The position numbers and the translations under genes were made by a program. Positions 16,614 to 24,822 of a stretch of 32,056 bases of DNA are shown here, in pieces. This DNA is from Polyangiaceae bacterium (lineage in GTDB: Bacteria > Myxococcota_A > Polyangia > Polyangiales > Polyangiaceae), in contig JBGANF010000095.1 in the NCBI GenBank assembly GCA_044222475.1, positions 1 to 32,056 on the forward strand. Direction: 5' to 3'. How positions within the stretch are numbered: position 1 is the stretch's first letter; the number at the start of each line of letters is the position of its first letter. The notes below the pieces were generated by a model. It did not search any database, was not told where the DNA came from, and saw only the letters and a list, made by a program, of their open reading frames with translations.

Positions 16614-18140
16614 TCAGCGCCCCGCGGACCTCAACCAGTCCGCGAACTTGGCGATGCGCGCCTTGGCGCTCGCGTCGAGCGCGTCGACCGGGCAGGGGAT
16701 GCGGTAGCTCCAGTTTTCGGGTCCGATCTTGCCGGGCTCGTTGATCCGCGTCGTCTCCCCGAAGAGCTCGGGCGCGAGCACGAGCGCGAGCTCGGAGCGA
16801 GCAGCGAAGAGGAGACGGAACAGCGCCTCTTCGCGCGCGTCGTCGGTGGCGTTCGCGGGGACCTTCGCGAGCGTCGCGAAGCCTTCGCGGTCCGCCTTCG
16901 GCAGCTCGGGCCACCACGCGCGCAGCGGCGCCGTGTCATGCGTGCTCCACGTGGCCACGCTGAGCGCAGGGAACTTCGCCGGATCGCGGAGCGAGTCGTC
17001 CTTCTCCTTCTCCCACGGCAACACGCGGTAGCCGGGGAGACCGAGCGCATCGAGCTCCTTGCGCACGAAGTCGGGGATGACGCCGAGGTCCTCGGCGACG
17101 ATCTGCGCTCCGCGCGCGGCTTCTTTCATCGCCGACAGCGTGGCGTGACCGTTCGCGAGCTGAGCCTTCTCGTCCTTCGGATCGAACACGCCGAGCTTCT
17201 TCGGCTCGCGCACGTACTGGCGGAAGAACCCGACGACGTGGTCGATGCGGAACGCGTCGTAGAGCTTCGCCGCGTGGCGTGCGCGCGCGCGGAGCCACGC
17301 GTAGTCCTGCGAGGCGAGCTCACTCCACACGTACGGGGGCAGACCCCAGTCCTGGCCCTCGGGGGTGAACGCGTCGGGCGGCGCGCCGAGGCCGCGGTCC
17401 TGGCGGAAGATGCGGTGGTGGGACCACACGTCGGCGCTCTCGCGGCAGACGACGAACGGGAGGTCCCCCATCAGGAGTACCTTCTCCTTGGCGAGCGCGG
17501 AGCGCGCGGCTTGCCACTGCGCGAACGCGTGCCACTGGAGCCAGCCGTGGAACAGGATCCGCTTCGCGAGGCGCGCGCGAACCTCGGCGAGGGTCGTCGG
17601 GTCGCGGAGCTTGAGCGGCATCGGCCAGGTCTCCCAGCCGTGATCTTTGTGCTCTTCGCGGATCGCCACGTAGAGCGCGAGGTCGTCCTCCCACGCCGCT
17701 TCGCGCTCGAAGAACGCGGCGAGCTCGCGCGCGCGCGGCGTCTTCTTCTCCCACTCGCGCGCGTGGAAGCGCTCGAAGAGGCGCTCGAGCACCGGCATCT
17801 TCAGCGCGCGCACGGCGACGTAGTCGACGCGCGGCAGCGCGCGGACGCGCGCGAGCTCGGCGCGGGTCGCGTCGTCGGTGAGCTCGCTCGTGGTGGTGCC
17901 TTCGGCCGCGGCGACCGCGTCGATCGAGAGGTAGCAGGGGTCGATGCCGAACCCGGTGCGCGCGCCGTAGGGCGACGACTCCCCGGCCGCGAGCTCGTGC
18001 GGCGGCAGGATCTGCACGAGGCCGAACCCGGCCGACTTGGCGAGCCGCCCGAACGCCGCGAGGTCGCCGATCTCCCCGATGCCCCAGTCATGGGTGCTCC
18101 GCAGGGAAAACAAGGGGACGGTGACGCCAGCGAGTCGCAT
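16614..18140 (-). CDS. malQ: 4-alpha-glucanotransferase (amylomaltase, GH77)
   Basis: GIGEIGDL, QILP, SPY, GDLPF, GAPPDAF..GQDWGLP, RIDHVVGF, AEDLG, STHDT and INEPG..NWSYR motifs. Confidence 0.95.
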   Translation of the reverse strand: MRLAGVTVPLFSLRSTHDWGIGEIGDLAAFGRLAKSAGFGLVQILPPHELAAGESSPYGARTGFGIDPCYLSIDAVAAAEGTTTSELTDDATRAELARVRALPRVDYVAVRALKMPVLERLFERFHAREWEKKTPRARELAAFFEREAAWEDDLALYVAIREEHKDHGWETWPMPLKLRDPTTLAEVRARLAKRILFHGWLQWHAFAQWQAARSALAKEKVLLMGDLPFVVCRESADVWSHHRIFRQDRGLGAPPDAFTPEGQDWGLPPYVWSELASQDYAWLRARARHAAKLYDAFRIDHVVGFFRQYVREPKKLGVFDPKDEKAQLANGHATLSAMKEAARGAQIVAEDLGVIPDFVRKELDALGLPGYRVLPWEKEKDDSLRDPAKFPALSVATWSTHDTAPLRAWWPELPKADREGFATLAKVPANATDDAREEALFRLLFAARSELALVLAPELFGETTRINEPGKIGPENWSYRIPCPVDALDASAKARIAKFADWLRSAGR

Positions 18141-18179
18141 CGGCGCTACCTCGCACGAACTCGGGAGGGGCGCAAGACA

Positions 18180-18205
18180 TTAGTGACTCAGAGGTGAGTT
18201 ACTAA
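18180..18205. promoter_or_regulatory. Palindromic operator-like site between divergent malQ and C25 peptidase genes
   Basis: TTAGTGACTCA-gagg-TGAGTTACTAA has a 10/11 arm match and is AT-rich against a ~70% GC background. Confidence 0.6.
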
Positions 18206-18240
18206 AGAGGGAGGCTCGCCCGTGCTACGAAAGCGCCCTC

Positions 18241-19854
18241 ATGTCCGCGCCCTTCAGGTTCTCGTTCGCGCTCCTCGGACTGGGCGCGCTGGTCTCCGTC
18301 GCGCCCGCGTGCTCCTCGACCCCGGCGCCGAGCGGTCCTCCGGCCGACTACCTCATCCTCTCGGCCGACACGCTCTCGGCGTCGGCCACGCGATGGCGCG
18401 ACTGGCGCGCGAAGGATCACGTCGTGCAGATCGGGCTCGTGAGCGCGGTCGTCGGCAACGCGACGACCCAAGCCGACGCGACGGCGGCGATCCACGACTG
18501 GGTGAAGGCGCGCTGGTCCGCGCGCGACACGAAGAAGCCGTTCTACGTGCTGATCGTGGGCGACGCGAACGGCGACAAGGTCGAGACGACCGGCGTCCCA
18601 GTGGCGAGCGCGCCCTCCGCGTCCGGACCGGTGGTGACCGACAACGTCTTCGCCGACATGACCGACGACGGCATCCCCGATCTCGACATCGGTCGCATCC
18701 CGGTCAGCACCGACGACGACGTCGACCGCGTGCGCGCCAAGATCGCGAAGTACGAGTCTACCTACGTCGTCGGGCCGCACGCGCGCCGCATCAACCTGTT
18801 CGCGAGCACGAGCGGCTTCGGCGAGCCGGCCGACACGCTGATCGAGACGCTCGTCTTCAAGATCGTCGAAGAGGTCCCGTACGACTTCGACATCACGATG
18901 ACGTACGCGAAGCAGGACTCGCCGTACGTGTTCGTGCCGGAGCGCTTCAGCGACAAGGTCTACGAGCGCATCAACGAGGGCGCGCTGATGGTCGCCTACG
19001 TGGGTCACGGCTATCAGCAGGGATTCGCCACGCTCGAGTGGAACAAGGCCTCGTTCCCGATCCTCGACACGGCGCAGCTCTCCAAGATCCAAGACGGTCC
19101 GAAGGCGCCGCTCCTCACGTTGATCGCCTGCGCGACCGGCGCGTTTTCGACCGGCGCCAGCGTGAGCGAGGAGATCCTGCGCAGCGCCGTCGGTCCGGTG
19201 GCGATCCTGTCGTCGACCGAGAACTCGCACCCGTACCCGAACGCGATCTTCGTGCGCGAGCTGGGGCAAGTGCTCGCGGTTCAACGCGCGCCGACCGTGG
19301 GCGAAGCGTTCCGCATCGCCAAGGAGCGGATGATCAGGAACGACGACGCGCTCCGCAAGACGATCGACAACGCGGTGAGCTCGCAGATCGACTCCACCGA
19401 GCGCACCGATCTCAAGCGCAGCCACCTGGACATGTACACGCTGTTCGGTGACCCGGCGATGCGCATCGCCTACCCCGGCGCGGGAGCGACGCTCACCGTG
19501 CCGCCGACGGTGGCGCCGGGCGCATCGGCCGACGTGTCGGTCGCGGTGAAGGACGGCATCACGACCGGCAACGTGCTCTTCACGCTCGAGATCGCGCGGG
19601 GCGACGTGCGTGGTGCGCTGCAGGCGGTCCCGGCCGATGGCGACCCGGGGCGCGACGCGATCATCGAGGCGAACTACGCGATGGCGAACCAGAAGGTCGT
19701 CGTCAGCGCGACGGCGACGCTCGCGGCGGGCGCCGCTTCGGCGAAGCTCGCTGTGCCGGCGGATCTCGCCCCGGGCGACTACCACGTGAAGGTGTACGCG
19801 GACGACGGGGCGCGCGACGTCGCAGGGTCTGCCGTGCTGCACGTGGGGCCGTGA
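18241..19854 (+). CDS. Peptidase C25 (gingipain-like) family lipoprotein with C-terminal Ig-like domain
   Basis: YVLIVGD, DNVFAD..DGIPDLDIGRIP, YVGHG (catalytic His), LIACATG (catalytic Cys) and YTLFGDP. Lipobox VAPAC. Confidence 0.88.
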   Translation: MSAPFRFSFALLGLGALVSVAPACSSTPAPSGPPADYLILSADTLSASATRWRDWRAKDHVVQIGLVSAVVGNATTQADATAAIHDWVKARWSARDTKKPFYVLIVGDANGDKVETTGVPVASAPSASGPVVTDNVFADMTDDGIPDLDIGRIPVSTDDDVDRVRAKIAKYESTYVVGPHARRINLFASTSGFGEPADTLIETLVFKIVEEVPYDFDITMTYAKQDSPYVFVPERFSDKVYERINEGALMVAYVGHGYQQGFATLEWNKASFPILDTAQLSKIQDGPKAPLLTLIACATGAFSTGASVSEEILRSAVGPVAILSSTENSHPYPNAIFVRELGQVLAVQRAPTVGEAFRIAKERMIRNDDALRKTIDNAVSSQIDSTERTDLKRSHLDMYTLFGDPAMRIAYPGAGATLTVPPTVAPGASADVSVAVKDGITTGNVLFTLEIARGDVRGALQAVPADGDPGRDAIIEANYAMANQKVVVSATATLAAGAASAKLAVPADLAPGDYHVKVYADDGARDVAGSAVLHVGP

Positions 19855-20249
19855 GGGCGCGCGCTGCCCGCGTCGCATTCGTCGGCGCGCTCGTCCTGTC
19901 CGTCGCGTCGTGCCGACGCGGCCGGACCTGCGATGCGAGCGATCCGGTGTCGCTCGAGCTGTGTGGCCCGCGCAAGGAATGGGTGGGCCAGTGGCTCGAG
20001 GTGAGCGCGCAGCAGCGCTGGATCGACATCGGTCCGCACGGCGGCTACCGATTCGGTGACAACGGGCCTCTCCATCACCGTCGCGTCGAGGGAGACATCA
20101 TCGGCTTCTCCGGCGACGACCTGATGGTGCGGACGAACGACGATGCCGGAGAGAAGCTCTTGGTCCGGGTGACCGATCCTCCGCACGAAGGCGCGGAAGG
20201 GTGGCGGATGACGGTGGAGGGCAGCACGTACTACCGGTCTGCTCCGTGA
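19851..20249 (+). CDS. Small hypothetical lipoprotein
   Basis: GTGA overlap with the C25 stop, lipobox SVASC, beta-rich domain (WVGQW...). Confidence 0.65.
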   Translation: MRARAARVAFVGALVLSVASCRRGRTCDASDPVSLELCGPRKEWVGQWLEVSAQQRWIDIGPHGGYRFGDNGPLHHRRVEGDIIGFSGDDLMVRTNDDAGEKLLVRVTDPPHEGAEGWRMTVEGSTYYRSAP

Positions 20250-20263
20250 GCCCGTCCGGCGCC

Positions 20264-20269
20264 TTGACA
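20264..20269 (+). promoter_or_regulatory. Possible sigma70 -35 hexamer
   Basis: TTGACA starts 35 nt before ATG 20299. No clean -10 box is visible. Confidence 0.3.
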
Positions 20270-20298
20270 GGCTCGCGCACGAAATGATGACGTGAGCC

Positions 20299-21591
20299 AT
20301 GCGCCTCCGCGTTCTCCTCGTCGCCCTCTCCGGACTCGTGGCTGCGTGCGTCGGTGACTCGCCGCCGAGCGGAACCCCCGACGGAGGCGGCACCTGCACG
20401 GCCGGCGCCTTGGTTTGCGTCGGCGCCGAGCTCCATGCGTGCAACGCGCAAGGAACGGGCGTGGTCCCCACCGCGACCGAGACGTGCGCGTCGGCGGCGC
20501 TCTGCGCTTCGGGCGTGTCAGGGGGAAAGTGCACGAGCCCCGCGTGCGGTCCGCAGGACTTCTCGTGCAGCGGCAACGATCGCGTGGCCTGCAAGGCCGA
20601 CCGCACCGGGTTCGAGACCACGAAGACGGACTCGTGCAGCGGTGCGACGCCGGTGTGCGATCTCGGCAAGTGCGTCGCGTGCAAGACCGGGACGTTCGAC
20701 TGCGCAGGGAAGGTCCCCCAGCAGTGTGTCTCGAACGCGTGGCAACCGGGCGCGGCGTGTGGCGGACAAGCGTCGTCTTCGTGCGTCGGTGGCGATTGCC
20801 TAGATACGAGGATCGCGCGGTGGCCCATGCCCAACGAGCCGGCGTCGACGTACAACCCGGCCAAGTACACGAGCCCTTCGGCGAACATCGTCCACGACGA
20901 AGTGACCGGTCTCGACTGGCAGGCCGCCGTCTCGCCGCCGACGCTCGCGGTCGGCATGGCCGGCTACTGCGAGACGCTGAACGTCGACGGCGTCGGCGGT
21001 TGGCACCTGCCGTCCATGCTCGAGCTCCTCTCCATCGTCGACTACTCGCGCGTGACGAACACCACGGGATCGATCTTGCCGCCGGTGTTCCCTGGCGCGC
21101 ACTCGGGTGTCGGCGGGGCGACCATCGGCTCCTACGATCGCGCGGAGCTCGACGCCGCGCAGCCGCTCGTCGGGACGACCGCGAACGAGAGCATCACGGG
21201 CAACTCGTACGTGCTGCGCTGCGTGCGGTCGAAGTCGCGCCTGCCGACCGGCCCGCGCTACTCCGAGCTGGTGACGGGAGAAGTGACCGACAACTACACG
21301 AAGCTCGTGTGGCAGAAGGCGAACGCGGCGACGCTCTCCAACTACGCGAGCGCGCCGTCGAAGTGCCCAGCCCCGTGGCGTCTCCCGACCATCAAGGAGC
21401 TCTTCACGCTGCTCGACCCGACCGCCGGGTCGACGCCGTACGTCAACCAGGGGATGTTCCCGGCGACGAAGGACATCTACTGGTCGCAGACGACGCAGCC
21501 GAACGGCAACAAGTTCGTCGTCGACTTCTTCAGCGGCAAGATCGCGGGAAACTCGCTCACGAACGCGGTGGCGCTGCGCTGCGTGAAGTGA
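20299..21591 (+). CDS. Lipoprotein with Cys-rich repeats and two DUF1566 (C-type-lectin-like fold) domains
   Basis: Lipobox LVAAC and a Cys-rich region. VHDEVTGLDWQ..WHLPSMLEL..LRCVR and VTDNYTKLVWQ..WRLPTIKEL..YWSQT..LRCVK. Confidence 0.88.
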   Translation: MRLRVLLVALSGLVAACVGDSPPSGTPDGGGTCTAGALVCVGAELHACNAQGTGVVPTATETCASAALCASGVSGGKCTSPACGPQDFSCSGNDRVACKADRTGFETTKTDSCSGATPVCDLGKCVACKTGTFDCAGKVPQQCVSNAWQPGAACGGQASSSCVGGDCLDTRIARWPMPNEPASTYNPAKYTSPSANIVHDEVTGLDWQAAVSPPTLAVGMAGYCETLNVDGVGGWHLPSMLELLSIVDYSRVTNTTGSILPPVFPGAHSGVGGATIGSYDRAELDAAQPLVGTTANESITGNSYVLRCVRSKSRLPTGPRYSELVTGEVTDNYTKLVWQKANAATLSNYASAPSKCPAPWRLPTIKELFTLLDPTAGSTPYVNQGMFPATKDIYWSQTTQPNGNKFVVDFFSGKIAGNSLTNAVALRCVK

Positions 21592-21688
21592 GCCGCCGCA
21601 GGCGCGTATCGTCCGCTGTCCCACATCCACCCATCGATCCGACGCCGTTTGTTTCTCGTTTTGCGGGCCTGCGCGGTACGAGGTTCAC

Positions 21689-21877
21689 ATGCTCGACCGC
21701 ATCCGCGAAAAGCTGCCTACCGTTCCCGAGGATCTCGGCGAGTACGCCCGCGTGCACACCGGTCCGGGGAGCTGGTCCGCCGACACCATCTTCGCTCGCG
21801 TGAGCGAGGTGACCGACCACGCGACGCCGACCGCGCCGTACGTCAGCCTCTCGATCGACGATCTGACGGATCGGTAG
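21689..21877 (+). CDS. Small hypothetical protein (62 aa)
   Basis: GAGG RBS 5 nt before the ATG, GC-rich third codon positions, fits the intergenic gap. Confidence 0.6.
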   Translation: MLDRIREKLPTVPEDLGEYARVHTGPGSWSADTIFARVSEVTDHATPTAPYVSLSIDDLTDR

Positions 21878-21919
21878 AGCCTCGGGCCACTCTAGCTAGA
21901 CCCCGGGTATCTTGGGGGG

Positions 21920-23041
21920 GTGACCTGGGAGCAGGACGAAGAGTGGGCTGCGCTGGCGCGTGAGCTCTCGCTCAGCGGTTGTGCTCCGCTCTCGCTCTAC
22001 CCCTTCCGCTGGTCGTTCGACGCGCTGAGGCGCAGCGTCGAGGTGACGTCGCGACCTCCGAGGACCTGCGCCGACATCCTGTACGGAAGGCGCGACGGGC
22101 ACGAGTTCTTCGTCATGCCGCCGTCCGCCAACGCAGCTGGCCACACGCTCGTCGTGTCTTCGATCGATCCGCCCCTCGGGCTCGAGATCGAGGTTCGTCG
22201 GAAGCTGTTCACCGACCGAGCCGAGGAGATCGTCGACGAGGCACTGCCGCGCTTCGCGAAGGACGCGACGCCGACGGTTTGGAGGGGCGTCGAGGGCTTC
22301 GTCGTCGCCGGCCCGCCCGTGGACCGCGCCGTCGCGCTGTTCGAGGGTCGCGAGGGACTTGCGCTCCGTGGCCGAATCGAGCGGTCGGTACGGTTTCTGC
22401 GCATCGGCGACGACGCCGTGTTCTCCGGCTCCAGCGGGCTGGTCACCCGAGCGAACGACGTTCGCCACGACTTCGCGATCGCGACGGACCTCGCGCGAAG
22501 GATGGCAGCGCGCCGGTTGGCCCTCGCCCCATCCGACGAGGAGTCTCAGGTTCGCGACGCGTGGGCGCGCGTCTCCGCCAAGCTCGACCTCGGGTTCGAC
22601 GGCGCGCGATGTCACGCGTACGGCAACGTCGGGAGCATGCACCTCGACCTCCGCTCCGCGTGCACGCGCGAAGCATGGTGGACCTCGGTCCAGGTCAGCC
22701 TCCCGCGGCGGCGCTCGACGGACGTCACGATCGTTCAGCTCCCCGTGGGGAGGTACGCTCCGCCCCACGAGGAGATCGTCCTCACCGGTCACGTCGGGTT
22801 CGACACACACTTCGTCCTCCGCGCGACCGACGAGTCACGCGCTGCGATGCGGATGCACGTGTTCGAAACGCTCGTGGAGCACGCGCAGATGGCCACGAAC
22901 ACGGTCGTGCGTCCGGGCCTTCTCTCGTTCGAGGTTCCGGGTCGCATTCGAACCGACGAGGGCATCGAAGTGCTCGTCGAGCGCGCGCTCCAGCTGGCGA
23001 GCACGCTGTTCGACGTGGCGCGGGTCGGGCCCTACCGCTGA
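21920..23041 (+). CDS. Hypothetical protein with a probable duplicated domain, ends in GPYR
   Basis: 373-aa ORF with plausible composition. The halves start similarly (WAALARELSL and WARVSAKLDL). TATCTT-N6-GTG start. Confidence 0.7.
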   Translation: MTWEQDEEWAALARELSLSGCAPLSLYPFRWSFDALRRSVEVTSRPPRTCADILYGRRDGHEFFVMPPSANAAGHTLVVSSIDPPLGLEIEVRRKLFTDRAEEIVDEALPRFAKDATPTVWRGVEGFVVAGPPVDRAVALFEGREGLALRGRIERSVRFLRIGDDAVFSGSSGLVTRANDVRHDFAIATDLARRMAARRLALAPSDEESQVRDAWARVSAKLDLGFDGARCHAYGNVGSMHLDLRSACTREAWWTSVQVSLPRRRSTDVTIVQLPVGRYAPPHEEIVLTGHVGFDTHFVLRATDESRAAMRMHVFETLVEHAQMATNTVVRPGLLSFEVPGRIRTDEGIEVLVERALQLASTLFDVARVGPYR

Positions 23042-23079
23042 GCTGCGACGCTCGGTCATTCCGCGTACCATCGGGGTCG

Positions 23080-23652
23080 ATGAGACTCTGGCCGGTCGTG
23101 GCGATGGTGCTCCTCGCTTCCGCGACCGCCGGCTGCGACAGCTGCGCGCAAGGCGCCGGGACGACGAAGGCGCTCTTCGAATCTCCGCCGAAGGAAGACG
23201 TGGAGCGCGAGACGATCGCGACGCTTCGCACGGCGGCCGCCGTCGCCTCCGAGCTCTGCGGATTTCCTGCGAGCGGCCTCACTGACGTCAAGGTGGCGGT
23301 GAAGAGTCAGCTCGTCACGTCGTCCGAGGTCCAAGTGATGGGAACGCCGCTTCCCGCGTTCGTCGATGCGGGGACCGACGCCGACTCCGGAGACGCCAGC
23401 GCGAAGGACGCGGGATCGAAGGATGCGGGGCACGTCGACATCGCGCGCGTCGTCGTCTGCTCGGGGACGATCGAGGTCGTGATGGATGGCGACTTCAGCG
23501 CCGACATGCAGAAGCGCACGAACTGGCACGTCGTGGGCGGCGAAGCCGGTCTCGAGGTCACGGCGATCGACACGCCGGGAGTGAAGTTCGACGAGGAGCG
23601 CCACCGCGCGCCGAGTGGAGGCTCGGGGCATCATCATCATCACCATCACTAG
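23080..23652 (+). CDS. Hypothetical lipoprotein with a C-terminal His7 tail
   Basis: MRLWPVVAMVLLASATAGC lipobox, DAG-rich insert, ends PSGGSGHHHHHHH*. TACCAT-N8-ATG start. Confidence 0.8.
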   Translation: MRLWPVVAMVLLASATAGCDSCAQGAGTTKALFESPPKEDVERETIATLRTAAAVASELCGFPASGLTDVKVAVKSQLVTSSEVQVMGTPLPAFVDAGTDADSGDASAKDAGSKDAGHVDIARVVVCSGTIEVVMDGDFSADMQKRTNWHVVGGEAGLEVTAIDTPGVKFDEERHRAPSGGSGHHHHHHH

Positions 23653-23690
23653 GCGCGAGCGGCTACCATGCCCGTGGGGGTCGATCTCGC

Positions 23691-24095
23691 TTGGTCCACT
23701 TCGACGAAGACTTCAAGAAGGTGTCCAGCAGCCGCATCACGTTCGGCGACGCCGTGGCGTTGATGGTCGGCCTGATTCCGGCGGTCGTCGTCGGCGTCGT
23801 CACGAAACGCATGGAGTACGGGACCACCCTCGGAGTCATCGGCATGGTCGCGTCACTGAGAGCTTGGCGCGCGACCAGGTGGGGCGCGCCGAAGCCGGAC
23901 GAGCCCGGTGCCGCTCGCTACACGAACAAGCCCCTCGCGGTCGCGCTCCTGATCCTCTTCGGATTGGTCGGGTGCGCGGCGCTGATGGCGCTCATTGGGG
24001 CAATCTCCCTGCGTGATTGGCCGGTCCTGACGGGGGCGCTGGCGGTCGGTTGCTTTTCTGCCTGGGTGATTCGACTCGCGTTACGCATGGGATGA
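23691..24095 (+). CDS. Small membrane protein (about 4 TM segments)
   Basis: Four hydrophobic stretches. TTG start is uncertain. Confidence 0.6.
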   Translation: MVHFDEDFKKVSSSRITFGDAVALMVGLIPAVVVGVVTKRMEYGTTLGVIGMVASLRAWRATRWGAPKPDEPGAARYTNKPLAVALLILFGLVGCAALMALIGAISLRDWPVLTGALAVGCFSAWVIRLALRMG

Positions 24096-24106
24096 TTGCG
24101 GCGGGC

Positions 24107-24556
24107 TCACGTGTCGTACACTCCACTCGTCCACGGGGGCCAGAAGCACATCACGTCTCCAGGCATGAAGATGGCGCACCAGTCTTGCCCATCCTCGTCC
24201 GGCGCGCGTGGGATGAGTCCGAACGTCACGCCGTGGCGCTCGAGCGAGAACGGCGCGATCGTGATGCGTCGAAACTTCACCGGTCCAAGAGAGCCCAACA
24301 ACTCGTCCCGCCGGCGAACGCGCGCGTCCGCATCGAGCTTCGCCCGCGGCCCGAGGTCGTCGATCGTCGCGTCCAAGAGGGCGCCTTTCGCATCGAAGAC
24401 GTACAGAGCGATGAACTCGCGCCCTTCCGCACCAGCGTAAGCGGGGACGAATGGGGTCGTCAGGAAGAACTGGTGGCCGCGCCTCGTCGTGCCGACGTAC
24501 TCGGCGTGGTAGTCGTCGTGGTCGATCGCGACGCGCTTGGGCGGCCCCTTCCGCAT
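24107..24556 (-). CDS. Conserved hypothetical protein
   Basis: HDDYHAEYVG..QFFLTTPF..EFIALYVFD..PFSLERHG..MPGD..PWTSGVYDT resembles a recalled uncharacterised family. ATG 24556 chosen as start. Confidence 0.75.
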   Translation of the reverse strand: MRKGPPKRVAIDHDDYHAEYVGTTRRGHQFFLTTPFVPAYAGAEGREFIALYVFDAKGALLDATIDDLGPRAKLDADARVRRRDELLGSLGPVKFRRITIAPFSLERHGVTFGLIPRAPDEDGQDWCAIFMPGDVMCFWPPWTSGVYDT

Positions 24557-24625
24557 GCGGTCATGAATAGCATACGGCCAACGGCGTACCCGGCCGCGGG
24601 GGCCGGGAGTGGGAAGCGGAGAACT

Positions 24626-24746
24626 GTGTACCAATAGGGTACACCGGTGGAATCACTCTCCCCACGTCGGCGCGTCTTCGCGCCGACGTAAGGGTCGCGC
24701 TTCGTGATACCCGAAGGGGTGGAGAGTCGCGGCGCGAAGCGCCGCG
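24626..24746. repeat. Multi-hairpin structured element upstream of purM
   Basis: GTGTACC/GGTACAC (24626-24644). ACTCTCC (24655-24661) pairs with GGAGAGT (24721-24727) and encloses ACGTCGGCGCG-tctt-CGCGCCGACGT (24664-24689). CGCGGCGC-gaa-GCGCCGCG (24728-24746). Confidence 0.55.
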
Positions 24747-24822
24747 GTGAGGGGCATCTCCGTCTCTTCGCCTCTCTCTCCCCCATTGGCCTCCCCGACC
24801 ACACGCGCTAGCCTCCCCGCCC

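Noticed and set aside
20299..21900. Diversity-generating retroelement in this window
   Set aside because: No reverse transcriptase, accessory gene or template repeat is visible.
23614..23652. Engineered His-tag or vector contamination
   Set aside because: Seven rather than six His, and no cloning sites, tags or vector sequence nearby. The flanks look native.
24560..24822. ZTP or guanine riboswitch upstream of purM
   Set aside because: I could not find the ZTP consensus elements (GACUGGCG..GUGG..CCAC, CGCCUGGG) or a purine-riboswitch core.
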